This document shows positions 14,695 through 28,557 of a stretch of 64,000 nt of DNA, one piece after another (position 1 is the first letter of the stretch; the number at the start of each line of letters is the position of its first letter). Under the pieces are notes generated by a model. The model saw nothing but the letters and a program-made list of their open reading frames with translations, made no database searches and was not told the origin of the DNA. The position numbers and the translations under genes are program-made. This stretch comes from Syncephalis fuscata S228 (lineage: Eukaryota > Fungi > Zoopagomycota). The DNA is taken from assembly GCA_025786725.1 (NCBI GenBank), contig JAHLTZ010000009.1:124001-188000 (forward strand), written 5' to 3'.

Positions 14695-17600
14695 ATGAAG
14701 TAGGTATTTAGCTTCTATATATACTTCTATAGGCTTTAATCTACTATTGAATAACACTCATTCAACTTGTAGGTTTGAACTGGACGGACTACCCGTTCTC
14801 TTTCCTTATGATTACATTTATCCCGAGCAGTTTGCCTATATGAACGATTTAAAACGGGCACTCGATGCAAAGGTAGGTTATAGGCTGTTATGGAAAGCGG
14901 CAGTAATGCTGTAGTGGATTCATAGAAATAATGGCAGTTATGTTTGGCATTGTAATATGAAAGCAATAACATACTTGTGTAGGGCCATTGTGTATTAGAA
15001 ATGCCTTCGGGCACTGGTAAAACTGTATCGCTACTATCGTTGATTGTTTCTTATCTGCAAGTAAGTTGATTGTCATAAATATTATTAATAATTATCAAAG
15101 CTTAAGCACTTATTTAGCACAACAAGATACGCGTAAATTGATTTATTGTTCGCGAACTGTTCCAGAAATTGAGAAAGCATTGGCAGAGTTGAATCGTTTA
15201 ATGGACTATCGACGTAAATATGTAGCGGATGAAGAGGAAGAGCAGTTTATTGGTATTGGATTAACTTCTCGTCGAAATCTATGTATTCATCCAACGGTAA
15301 TTGAACAAATGTATATCTAATACGCTATTGTCGCTTATTAGTCGATAATATATAGGTGAGCAAAGAAAAGAAGGGCAAAATTGTTGATGCGCGATGCCGT
15401 GATCTCACTGTACCATGGGTAAGAGAAGGAGCAAAGAAATTGGCACAGAATGGTGGACAAGTTGAATTATGTAATTTTTACGAGGTATTGTCAAATATTG
15501 TAATTATTAGATATTGTAATAAATGACAAGTAATTAGAATTTGGACCAAGCCAATAAAACCTCATTAATGCCACCCGGTATTTATACGCTAGAAGAGTTA
15601 AAGACGTATGGAAAACAACAAGGCTACTGCCCTTACTTTATGTCACGTAGAATGGTAATTAGCATCAGTAATCACGATATCATATAGTCTAATTGATTGA
15701 TTAGATATCATTTGCCAATGTAATCATATACAGTTACCATTATTTGTTGGATCCTAAAATTGCAGAGATGGTATCGCGTGAGCTGTCGAAAGACTGTATT
15801 GTTGTGTTTGATGAAGCACATAATATTGGTAGGCGATAGTAATATACTGACATGTAGCAACATATTGATTTGATCAATACCTAGACAACGTATGTATTGA
15901 ATCGATGAGTATTGATCTATTTCGACCGACATTGGAGGCTGCCGCTCGTAGCGTTACCTCATTGACGGAGCGTATTAACGAGTAAGCCAGACGAAATAAG
16001 TAAGAGTATTGCTAAAGCTTGTCAACTACAGAATCAAAAAGACCGATTCAGACAAGCTAAAGAATGAATATAATCGATTGGTAGAAGGTGAGATTGAAAA
16101 GGAATGAAGCATTGTTCAAACTTGCTAATATTGCATAATACATAGGCTTAATTGAAGCTGGACAGGCACGGGATGAAGGATTGATTATGGCAAATCCAGG
16201 CAAGTGTTAACATTACATTTCAACCGTATAGCTAAAGCTGTATTGTTAGTATTGCCGGATGATGTGCTACAAGAGGTGGTACCTGGTAATATTAGACGGG
16301 CAGAGCACTTTGTGGCATTTCTACGACGATTTGTTGAATATCTTAAAGTAAGACCAGATATGTAGTATTAATTCAGTGCTGATGGATAGATTAGACGCGT
16401 ATGCGTGTCATGAATGTTATTTCCGAGACACCCACATCATTTCTGCAACATTTAAAAGAAATCACTTTTATAGAGCGAAAGCCATTAAGGTAGAAACAGT
16501 GGCAGTAGATAAACATGCATTGCTTAGTTGTTTGAATAGATTCTGTGCTGAACGACTTGTCTCACTGGTGCGACATTGGAATTAACTCATATGGACGAGT
16601 TATCGGCTTTAAACCAAGTGGCTCAGTTTGCTACCTTGGTTGCCACCTACGACAAAGGTATATAGTAAGAATAGGTGTAGAAGCTTAATTAATACATTAC
16701 GTAGGATTCCAGCTGATTCTTGACCATTTGAATCGGAAAAAAGTGAAATTCCAAATCCTGTATTTCATTTAGTGTACGTATATCATCGCTATTATAGCGA
16801 ATGTTATGATAACCAATACACTGTAGATGTTTGGATGCTTCAATTGCTATTAAACCAATATTCCAACGATTTCGTTCAGTCGTTATTACCTCTGGAACAT
16901 TATCGCCACTTGATATGTACCCGCGTATGCTGCAATTCCACGCTATTGTACAAGAAAGCTATTCCATGACATTGACGCGTAATTGTTTTCTGCCCATGGT
17001 ATATTATATAACAAGCATGCTATGCTATAGTGCTGATTATAAACAAATAATGTGTATTAGGTGGTTACCCGTGGCAGTGATCAAGTGGCCGTCAGTTCTC
17101 GTTTTGAAGTACGCAATGACCCAGCTGTTGTACGTAATTACGGCAGTCTTTTAATTGAATGTGCCAAAGTTGTACCAGATGGCATTGTGGCCTTTTTCCC
17201 CAGCTATCTCTATATGGAGTCGATTGTAGCGGCTTGGAATGAAATGGTAATGAATAGAAGCAGTACAAAATACATTGTTTTGCTAATTGATATATCGTTG
17301 GCTATACAGGGTCTATTACAGGAAGCATGGAAGTATAAGCTTATATTTGTAGAAACACCAGATGCAGCTGAAACAGCAATTGCATTGCAAAACTATCGTA
17401 TGGTAAGTGTTGCCCATAAGATATATGGCCTATCATAATGCATTTATTGCATAGGCATGTAATAATGGGCGAGGGGCCATTCTTCTGTCTGTAGCTCGTG
17501 GCAAAGTGTCAGAAGGCATTGATTTTGATCATAATTATGGACGAGCAGTCATTATGTTTGGCATTCCGTATCAGTATACAGAAAGCCGTATATTGAAAGT

Positions 17601-18135
17601 GAGTAATCTATAGCATACTATTTACTGCTTTATAAATGTCTTTTACGAATATACCAATCTATTTGAATAGGCCCGCCTAGAATATCTACGAATCAACTAT
17701 CGTATCCGTGAAAATGATTTTCTTACATTTGACGCGATGCGACACGCCGCACAATGTGTTGGACGTGTACTTCGGGGTAAAACTGACTACGGTCTTATGA
17801 TATTTGCTGACAAGGTATAGATATAGATATAGCCTATTAATTGATTTATAGACTTATTTATTGTTACAATAGAGATTCGGGCTAAATGATAAACGATCAA
17901 AACTGCCAAAATGGATTAATCAGTATCTGGCCGATGCCACATCAATTTATCAACCGATATGGCAGTAGGTATCGCTAAGAAGTTTCTACGTACTATGGCG
18001 CAGCCCTTTGAGCAAGGCCAACTGGGTGTTAGTCTTTGGAGTGCCCATGATGTATTGGCTAAAACAACACCCGCAACAACACGAGACATCAATAGCAGCA
18101 CCAATAATACAGATAAAGCGGCTATTGCTCGTTAA
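14695..18135 (+). CDS. RAD3: TFIIH/NER helicase XPD (Rad3/ERCC2), about 20 exons
   Basis: [21 protein letters not shown]; [10 protein letters not shown]; [11 protein letters not shown]; VFDEAHNID; [13 protein letters not shown]; [14 protein letters not shown]; [21 protein letters not shown]. Confidence 0.95.
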
Positions 18136-18754
18136 ACACAAGTATCACACCAAAATCATTAATAAATAGCAGTATTAAATTTTACAATCATAACATGAAA
18201 CACACTTGGGTATTTGTAAACCTTTTAATGACCATTCTAATAATTAAATCAAACAAGTTATTTTTAGTACGAATACAAGCTATGAAAACTGTTTTGGGTA
18301 TTCCAGACGTGATATCACAGTCCAATATTGGTAATGCGAACAATTGTCTCTGTTGGCGTTGTTTCAAAACTGCACCCTTAGGAGTACGAATAAGTATGGG
18401 GCTGTACTACAATTCTATGCCGCCGAGCGTTAACAGTTCAAATTAGTCCCATTCCCTTGTGCTTGAACACTTGCTTTTCCGTTTAATATTCTTTATTGTT
18501 TTGCGCATTGTCTTTCTTGTCTAACCAAAGTACTAGCCTTATAAACAATTAGTAGCAGTAGTAATAGTAACAGTCATCATCATTTATATTACTGTTGTTA
18601 CTGAACTAGGTACTTTTCTACAACTATTCAAGATAACTTTGCATATTCAACTATATACATATCTTCTTGCTCGTCTCTATACTACACTCTAATTTAATAA
18701 TATTTACACATACATCAATTTTGATATTTAAACTTCACCAAACTACTTAACGTC

Positions 18755-20458
18755 ATGAGCGAATCAGTGCGTGCATTGCGCATGCGAACTTTTCAGCCTC
18801 TACCTGGCGAAGATGATTTGGCACATCCATACCCTTCACCAAAAAGACGAATATTTGGTCTGCCTCGCAAAGTAGTTATTACATTGGGCATTATTCTTGG
18901 TATAGTTATAGCAGTTTTGGCTATTGGCTTTCCCGTATTAAAGTCGACAATATGGAAAAATGGAGACTCTGAAAGCAGCGATGCGAATGGTGGTGGAGGC
19001 AGTGGCGGCAGTAGTTCATCCAAGCCTTTAAGTAAATGGATCGATACGGATACGTCAAAAGAGTTGCACACCAAAACGATGGAAGACGGCACTGAATACC
19101 AGTTGGTATTTTCAGATGAATTTAACAAAGACGGCCGTGATTTCCGGCCTGGTAAAGATAAGATTTGGTAGGTCTAGTTATAAGTACCCGATTAGATGAT
19201 TAATATTGTTGATAGGGAAGCGATGGATTTACACTATTGGCAAACAGAGGATTATGAACGTTATACACCCGAACAGGCGTCGACTAAGGATGGTAAATTA
19301 CGCATTAAAGTTGAAAACAAGAAAGTTGGTGACCAGAACTACGCAAGTGCCATGTTACAAACATGGAATAACTTTTGTTTTCGAGGCGGGTACCTTGAAG
19401 GTAAGCTTGAATAATACCTGCTATTACATCACAATGATTAATTAGTGGTTAATGATAGCGAGTGTATCCTTACCGGGCAATCCAATGGTCCCAGCCTTGT
19501 GGCCTGCCATTTGGACCATGGGCAACTTGGGGCGCGCTGGCTATGGTGGATCTACCGATGGTCTCTGGCCTTATAGCTACGATACATGCGATATTGGTGT
19601 AACTAAAACCAGAGCGACTCCAATGGATTGTCGTGGTTGCCTGGCCAACGTTTGAACAAGTGTCTATGCTCAGATCAAGACACACCATCACCTAGTGTTG
19701 GCCGCGGTGCTGCCGAACTTGATCTACTTGAAGGTGCTGCCGGTGACAATGGTGTTAACGGCGATGAAGGCAATAATGGTGGTGGCACCATTTCGCAATC
19801 ACATCAGTTTGCTCCATTTGATGCACCAAATTATATAGTTCAAGAAAATTATGTTGCAATTTATAATACGTCGACAACTTACAAGAACTCTTATAAAGGT
19901 GGTCATCTACAACAAGCCATTTCCATTAAGACTAAGATTGCGCCACAGTACTACGAAGGCAAAGACTATTTAACGTATGCTATGAAGTATGAGCCTGGAC
20001 CTAGTGGTCAGGCCACCTGGTGGGTCGATAATAATAAAAAGTGGTCGTTCAGCGCGCAAGCGGTTGGTCCTAACTCACGTTCACGTATCGGCCAACGCGT
20101 TGTCTCGGAAGAACCAATGGTAGGCGGATAATAGATGGTAGATGTGTGATAGGATAGCTTATTGAGAATGTTGTTTTTATTTTATTATTTAGTATTTACT
20201 CATGAATGTTGCCATGTCGGATACATTTGGTAAGATAGACTTTGGCAAGGCAAAATTCCCTGCAACAATGTACGTTGATTATATTCGTATTTATCAAGAT
20301 CCAAAAAAGGTTGATATTGGCTGCGATCCAAGGACCGACCCACAGCAAAATATATTAAAGATCATCCCAAACTTTATACCAATCTTTCTATACACAACTT
20401 TAAAGATTCAGGCTACACTATGCCAACGTACTCATTGGATGGACAATGCAAAACGTAG
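18755..20458 (+). CDS. KRE6/SKN1-family beta-glucan synthesis-associated GH16 protein, copy 1
   Basis: Single TM; LVFSDEFN; WEAMDLHYWQT; LQTWNNFCFRGG; LWPAIWTMGNLGRAGYG; catalytic ELDLLE; PATMYVDYIRIYQ. Apparent frameshifts near 19605 and 20330. Confidence 0.9.
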
Positions 20459-20619
20459 AGCGCTACTCATTGTTCGTTCAAATCCCTTTATTCTTTCAAA
20501 TAAATTAAATTTACTATTATTTGCCACTTTATAATCTATTTAATTTATTTGAACTAAGTATTTGCTCTATTGAATATGAAATTGGATGACGAGTGATATC
20601 AATAATCAAATAAACAACT

Positions 20620-20780
20620 ATAAATTTATTAGCATTATTATTAGTATTTTGTATAAATATATACTTTGTTCATTTATTTACATCTCATTGTATACCCATT
20701 ATAATGTATGTCATTCTATTATATACCAAATACAAACTATTAATAAAGCTATTTATTTATTGCTAATTGCATTTGTTATA
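20620..20780. repeat. Dispersed AT-rich repeat family 2, copy 2
   Basis: Inverted match to about 690-820. Confidence 0.7.
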
Positions 20781-20828
20781 AGCGTGGTTGTTTTGTTATA
20801 ATCAATGACGCTGTTTATTATTATAACG

Positions 20829-22493
20829 TTAAGCTTTGCACTGAGGATTAATTGAGAATTGCGGCCAAGGATATTCGGAGTTTTTAAATTCGTGTATCGA
20901 GGCATCATTATAAAGTTTGGGATGATCCTTGATATACTGCGCGGTTGGACGATCTTTGGGGTCACAAGTAACATCGATATTGTCTGGATCTTGGTAAATA
21001 CGAATATAATCAACGTACATTGTCGCGGGGAATACAGCACGCTGAAGATCTACAGGACCAAAGCCGTTCGACATACCAACATTCATAATGATATACTGAT
21101 AGTATCACTTGTTAGTTCGCTATTTCTTATGCAATTAAACGTTTGGCAATACTTACCATTGGTTCCTCGGCAATGACACGCTGGCCAACATTAGCAGCTG
21201 GATTAGGGCCAACAGCACGTGCATCAAGTGACCATTTCTTTTCGCCTCCAACATACCAGCGGGCCAATCCCTCGGGACCAGGCTTATAGTCAAAGGCATA
21301 GGTTAGATAGTCGCGTCCCTCGTAGTAGCGAGGATCGATCTTTGTCTTGACCGAGACGGCCTGTTGTAGATGTGCACCCTTATAGGTATTCTTGTAGGTA
21401 GATGTGCTATTGTATACAACAACATACTCTTCTTTTACGGTGTATTCGGCATCAAATGGTCCAAATTGATGCGATTGCGAAATGGTACCGCCACCATTGT
21501 TGCCGCCATCGCCACCAGCACCCTCAAGCAGATCGAGTTCTGGGGCACTGCGGCCAACACCAGGCGATGGTGTGTCCTGATCTGAGCATAGACACTTGTT
21601 TAAACGCTGGCCAGGCAGCCATGACAATCCATTAGTCAGACTTTGGTTTCGTTGAACACCGGCATCACAGGTATTGTAGCTATAAGGCCAGAGACCGTCG
21701 GTAGATCCACCATAGCCAGCGCGTCCCAAGTTGCCCATGGTCCAGACAGCGGGCCACAATGCTGGTACTGTAGGCGATCCCGGTAGAGAAATACGCGCTA
21801 CAATTACATATTAGTTTGCTTTTATTGCACGTCACCTTTAGTGTAATAAGTACCTTCAAGATAACCGCCACGGAAGCAGAATTTGTTCCACGTTTGTAGC
21901 ATAGCACTGGCATAGTCTTGATTTCCCACTTTCTTTTTTTCAATGGTAATTCGAAGTGAGCCATTTGACGTTGAGGCTTGTTCGGGAATATAATGCTCGT
22001 AGTCACCGGTTTGCCAGTAGTGTAAATCGACACCTTCCCTATAGTAAATATTAATAAATAAGTGCAACTAAGTAGATTCAGTTTAATCTTACCAAATCTT
22101 ATCTTTTCCGGGACGGAAGTCGCGCCCGTCTTTGTTGAATTCATCTGAAAATACCAACTGGTATTTATTGCCATCCTCCATAACTTTTGTATGGAATTCT
22201 TTTGGTGTATCAGAGTCGACCCATTTGCTAGTAGTTGGTTTTTTGGAACCACTATCGTTATTGCTGCTATCATTGTTGCCGTTATCATTTGAGCTATTAT
22301 CGCCACTATTGTTATTGGAACTGTTTTTCCACACAGTTGTCTTAAGAATAGGGAAAGCAATAGCTACAAATGCGATTCCTAGGCCGAGAATGATGCAGCC
22401 GATAATGAATAGCCAGCGCGGGATGCCGCAAATACGTCGCTTTTTCCCGGCATTGGATACACCTGTAGCCAGATGATCGGTATTATTATTCAT
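20829..22493 (-). CDS. KRE6/SKN1-family GH16 protein, copy 2
   Basis: Same motifs as copy 1 (APELDLLEG; PATMYVDYIRIYQDP) and the same intron positions; tail-to-tail with copy 1. Confidence 0.9.
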
Positions 22494-23329
22494 TGTCAAC
22501 GAGTAATATTAAATAGTATCAATAATGCTATTGGTCTTGGTGTTGCATTGGCTTGTAAACGTGTAAATGGTTGATTTGTAGTAAAATTAACTGAATAATA
22601 AAAAGTAAACGCTGTATTCCTTCTTAATATCTACTTTGCAGAACTATGTACTTGTATAATGTCGCTCAAACAAACGCAAAGCAATATTATTCCACTATAA
22701 TAGGAATAGGAATAGGAATAGGAACAGTTATAACGGTGAGAAGAGTAAGAACAAAGAAAAAGAGAATAGAGAAACGAGGACAAACAAACTTGCACGATGT
22801 ATGGATGTATCTGCACGTTTTGACGAGAAAAACATTTACTTAGTTTGTGGCTTTATGCCGACTGAGGTCAAAATACCTAGAATACATGCCAATGGGTTTT
22901 TCCATTCGCAAAGAAAAGCGGAGTTGGTAACACTGATAAGGGCAATACCAATGATTATCCTTAACGTTTATAGAAGCATTTGGCCTTAATTGGAATACAG
23001 ACCACAAGCTAAAAATAGTCCATTGGTGTAAAAATTCCATGGAATTGTTTAATGCTTATTATTAGATGAATTTATGTCGTGATTTGCTCATCAAAGAAAT
23101 CTGACCTGACGTGGATTGCGCTTTATTTTTCACTATGATGGAAATGTACTTGTAGATTAATGAAATGCTATAAATATATAAGTGGTGAGATTGCGTAAAT
23201 ATCAACAGTAAAGTGCATGTATATGCGTTTATGCTTAAATGGGCCAAATCGGATTTCAAAAAGAATAGTAGTAAATATATAAATTTATTAATAGAATATA
23301 AAAATAGTACCAAGAAGAATGAAATGGGT

Positions 23330-23590
23330 AAATATATGAGATTTATAAAGAATAAATGTCATTTAATTTCTAAAAACTACTTATTAGTATAAAACATGCT
23401 AAAGTAAAGGATAAGTATATTAAAATAATACATGGCCATGAATAAATAAATACCATACCATAGAACAATGTCATTATAATTGTCAACTAAGCTGTTTAGA
23501 TTCAGTATATAAACAGCATATTCATTGAATGCTAAATAAAATATTTGCAAACATACCTATTCTAAACTACAGCTTTGTATATAAAACTGA
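23330..23590. repeat. Dispersed repeat family 3, copy 1
   Basis: Direct match to about 45885-46052 (gattcagt.tataa...attgaatg.taaataaaata.ttg.aaac.ta.cta.tctaaactac..ctttgtat). Confidence 0.7.
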
Positions 23591-24224
23591 CTACAATGTC
23601 ATTATATACTAAAGTAATACAAAACAAATCAAATAGATAATAATCTACAGTTACTGTAGCACAGTAGATTATGAGAATGCCTTTGTACAAAATTTACAAC
23701 TCAATAGCTGGGATTTATTAAATTTAAGGATAAAAGACATTTATTTCCCATGCGGCTGGTGTAACTCTCATGCATATCTTCTCTTCAAGAAAACAGGTTA
23801 TTCTTAATTGAGTATTCAAATAAATAACATTCAAGCTACTTGTATTAAGTATTCGCAGCTAACATTTTTTTAAGGCTAGGTTGATAGTACTGTAAGAAAA
23901 TACATTAAAATTCCAGCACAGAATGATTGAGATGATTTAATACAATATAGCCATTAATATTAATCAAACTAAGTCAAATGTGAGTACATTGACTAGTTTT
24001 TGCATTCTATGTGATAGTACACAATAAAATTGACCTAAAAACTGGAAGGAAAGTGTAGTAGAAAATGAATGTAAATCACAAAATATTAATTTTATTAAAT
24101 CAATTTAATTGATTTATTATTTATTTATTTTGATCAATTTTTGTAAAAAGTTGTTTACTGTAGTGTCCGCTTTTGAAAAAGATAAATGGATTATTTTGTC
24201 GCTTGAGTATCTTTCTGTATTTCA

Positions 24225-24600
24225 CGGAAAAGCAATCACTACCTTTGGCGATGTTAACTTTGGTGTGTCTATGAAAGAAAAACTATTTGCTTTTGCACGA
24301 GAAATCACTAAAACTATCAAGCAAATGATTAATAATTCTAATGGTTCTACAGAATTAATCTACGTTGATGAGTATTTAACAAGTCAAGTTTGTAACAGTG
24401 TAAAAAACATTGGAAAAGATAACGAATATTGGATCAAAGCGTAAAATACATGCCGTACTTAAGTGCAATCTTGCAAGACAATACGAAATCGTGATGTGAT
24501 GGCTGCTAAGAACATATACAATATTTTTACACACAAAGCAAGAAGTAGCGATAAAAGTCCGATTGAATTCAGACGTAAAGGCAGCCAATCATCAACTTCA
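24225..24600 (+). pseudogene. Decayed Fanzor/TnpB-like RuvC + zinc-finger C-terminal fragment
   Basis: Hand translation across frameshifts: AITTFGDVNFG...ELIYVDEYLTSQVCN...SKRKIHAVLKCN/SCKTIRNRDVMAAKNIYNIF. These match the RuvC-II (DE..TS..C), CxxC and RuvC-III (NRD) motif order. Confidence 0.8.
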
Positions 24601-25180
24601 CTGTAATGCAGATAGTTACATTTCTGCACTTTAAGGATGATTAAATACTTTTTATTTTAAACGGAATAGTCGGTCTTTTTAGAATTGGATATTCTTTTCC
24701 TCGTAGAAGGGTGGGCGGGTAAGAGGAGAAATGGAGTATCCAGGTAAGTAGTATTCAAACCATTGTATCAAGTATTATAACTAACGTATCTTATTTATGA
24801 CATATATTATCTTTCAAATACCCCTTTGGAATGAAACAACAACTGCTGCCTTTTGTATTGAGAAAGCCTTGTAATTACTATACGTAGCCTAGACTGTAAT
24901 AAAACTATTTATATTTACGTCTGCCTTGCTTCCTCCCCTTTTGTCACAGTTCTATTAATGTTGCAGAGGGAAGAAGAATACCCTTCATCTATCTCTCTTT
25001 CTCTTTCTCTTTCTTCTTGCCTATCTTCCTTCCCCTTTCTTAAACTATTAACTACGAACCTTAGTTTTACTACTGCCTGTTCCCTTATTACACCGTACAA
25101 GCAGGCTGGCATGATCGTTTTTTGGTCATCCTGCTATAAAACGACTATTATAAAGATATAATTTACAGGTCCATTTCAAT

Positions 25181-26925
25181 ATGGATTATCGCAGTAGAGA
25201 TGACTTGGCTTTTAACGCCTCTTCGCCAAGAGGCATAGCGCAGGCTAAGAAAAAGTCTAGTAGTTTGCCGAGTTGGCTGGTTATTGTGGCTGGTATATTG
25301 TTGGCGCTGGGCGTGGGCTTTCTTGCTATTGGTTTTCCTGTTCTAAAGGCAACTGTTTGGAAGAGTAAGCTTGCAGCTGATGGCACAGGCACGGGCGATA
25401 CACCAAGCAATCCAGGCAGTAAATGGATTGATCCAGATACTCCAGAAGAATTACATAAAAAGGTTATGGAAGATAATAAGGAATACCAATTGGTATTCTC
25501 TGATGAATTTAATCAAGACGGTCGTAATTTCCGTCCCGGTCAAGATAAGATTTGGTAAGGTTAAACATGTGATAATGGTAGCTGGTTAGTAATCACACAT
25601 TTTATTATTAGGGAGGCCGTTGATCTATGGAATTGGCAAACAGGTGACATGGAATACTATTCACCTGATCAGGCTACGACAAAAGACGGTAAATTACGCA
25701 TTGCTGTTGAAAAGAAGCAGATTGGTCAGCAACAGTTTGCCAGTGCCATGATTCAAACATGGAATAAATTTTGCTTTCGCGGTGGCTATTTAGAAGGTAA
25801 ATATGAACACTCTGGTCTATACTAATAGTATTTATTCTAATATGAATCTATTTTATTTTAGCCAGTGTATCATTGCCAGGAAGTGCTACGGTACCAGCAT
25901 TCTGGCCAGCTATTTGGACTATGGGCAATTTAGCCAGAGCGTAAGTAGCGTGCGCCACAGTATTATAACATCTAACTCAACAACAATATTAGTGCGTATG
26001 GTGGGTCGACAGATGGACTGTATGTATATAGATTAGCATTTATGATAGTATAGTATATTAATGCAATGTGATTATAGCTGGCCGTACAGTTATGATAGCT
26101 GTGATCTGGGTGTTCAAAAAGGACAAGGCATTAATGCCGGCTATTCCAAGCTAGCTGGTCAACGTTTGAATAAATGTCTGTGCTCGGATCAAGATACACC
26201 CTCGCCAGGTATTGGCCGTGGTGCTCCAGAAATAGATTTAATTGAAGGTGCAGCTGGTGATGGTGGCAACAATGGTGGCGGTACTGTGTCGCAATCACAT
26301 CAATTTGCTCCATTTGACGCCGACTATGTCGTTAATCCACAATATTTTACTATTAATAACTCGACATCTACTTATAAAAATACTTATTCTGGTTCTGAAC
26401 TGCAACAGATGGTATCAGCAAAGACCAAGGTTGGTTCGCAATACTTTGAAGGCAAAGCGTATCAAAACTACGCCTTCCAATACGAGCCAGGACCCAAAGG
26501 CTATGTTCGCTGGTATGTTGACAACAATAAAAAGGCAACCATCGATGCACGTGCTGTAGGACCTAATTCAAAGAACGGCGTTTCGCAACGTCTAATATCC
26601 GAGGAACCCATGGTTAGTAAACAAACAACGTATCGTCCAATACTAATAAGCTATTTAGTATATTATTATGAACGTAGCCATGTCAACAGGTTTTGGTGCC
26701 GTAGAAGTTGATAAAGCACAATTCCCTGCCACCATGACCGTCGATTATATTCGTATTTATCAAGATCCAAATAATATCGATGTCACATGCGATCCAAAGG
26801 ACCGTCCAACTGCGAAGTACATTAAAGATCACCCGAAGCTATACAACAATCCGGGACTTCGGTCCTTTAATGAATCTGGCTATCCACTACCGGAATATAC
26901 TTTGAATCCGCAGTGCAAGGCATAA
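25181..26925 (+). CDS. KRE6/SKN1-family GH16 protein, copy 3
   Basis: LVFSDEFN; APEIDLIEG; PATMTVDYIRIYQDP; two extra introns at 25941-25992 and 26020-26077. Confidence 0.9.
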
Positions 26926-27130
26926 GAAGTCTTCGGCCCGAATAATAATGTGTACCCATGCTATGCATACGTAGTACTATATAAAGTTGTGGAATTGATT
27001 AGTTTTATACTTGTTACAATTGATTTTCTGTTTAATTGCTTGCTTGTTTGTTTGATTTTGACTCGTTAGCGCGTGTTGTAGTATTGATTAGCATACTGTT
27101 ACGTTATAACTTTACTAAACAATCCTTACA

Positions 27131-28557
27131 ATGACTTCACTTGCCGATCGACTAGGTATTTCAGCAATTGCTGTTGTAGTCTATCAGCTGCCCTACTGTG
27201 CTTATGCGTTTTGGAGCCAGAAAGATACGTTTACTGACTTTGCCGGCTCTACTGCATTTGCTGTAGGCGCTTGGCTAACTCTCTGGCATGGTGATGTAAG
27301 TAAAGTAGTAAAACGTGTATTATGGCTATTAATAGCTAAATACTGGTACAGGCATTCTATCCACGTCAAATTATACTAGCAACCAGTATTACTTTGTGGA
27401 CTGGGCGACTGGCTGGTAAGTAATCATAAAGTAAATAGTCGTCAAGGTGTTATACTGTGATAGAATCATTATTGATAAGTGAAGTCAATGTGAATATCGA
27501 GTATTTAATCCGCCACTCCTTTTGGTTCTACGATTCTATTAACACTAGAGAGTTGGCTGTATGCCAAGCTATATCTCCAAAGTCTTTATTTTACATCGCG
27601 CCCCTTTGTTAATATAAGAAATGATGTCGGCAATAATGTGTTAAATTAACTGTTTATATAATATAGGCTTTCTGCTTAAACGCGTCATTAAACATGGCAA
27701 AGAAGCGCGTATGGATGGTATTCGAGAAAATCCTGTAAGATTTGCCGTCTTCTGGACCCTACAAGCATTATGGAGCTGGCTAGGCGTGCTTCCACTTGCC
27801 CTATCGTGTTCATCGGCTGCACTTGCTGCGCCAGGTGCCTTTGAGGCTGCCCATTCATGGCAAGGATGGATAGATGCCGTGGCTATTGTATGTTGGGTCG
27901 GTGGCATAGCTATTGAGGCTGGTAAGAAGGCTGCTCGAATAGCTATATGATGTATTCTAATCAATGCCGTGCCAACATTAGTGGCCGATGAACAGCGGCT
28001 TCAATATACGCTAACACGCACGGAGCCAACTAGTCTATGCACACGCGGCATTTGGCGATGGAGCCGTCATCCCAACTACTTTGGCGAAATCATGTTATGG
28101 TAAATCACTATGGCTAATATCTAGCAGCATGTAAATGGCTACTAATAAATGGGTCATTGTTGACAGGCTTGGCTATTCGCTTGGCTGTCTACCTTTGTTA
28201 TGGCCAGTGATGCGACAACAAGCAGCGGTTGGATTGTACATCGGTGCAGCCATGCCGCCCGTCTTCACCGCCCTATTGCTTATTGGGCTGTCAGGCATGC
28301 CACTTGGCGAACGCTATCATGCAAAGCGCATGAATCGTCTAGGAGCATGGCCCCTCTACGCTGACTATCTGGCCCGCACAAGTCCATTGGTACCATTACC
28401 TCCGGCTATTTACCGCCGTCTTCCAACTTTCATTAAGCGATATGTTTTTCTTGCTTTGCCTAAATTTGAGCGTTGTCCCAGTAGCGCTGATGACGCCCGC
28501 GATGACGGCGACAATGCTGTCAAAAACGAGGGTGAGAAAGAGCGAAAGCAAGACTAA
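27131..28557 (+). CDS. DUF1295 / steroid 5-alpha-reductase-like membrane protein
   Basis: DTFTDFAGS; W.GRLA.FL..RV.KHGKEARMDGIR; FWTLQALW; ADEQR; GIWRWSRHPNYFGEIMLW; SGMPLGE; YLARTSPLVP. Confidence 0.85.
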
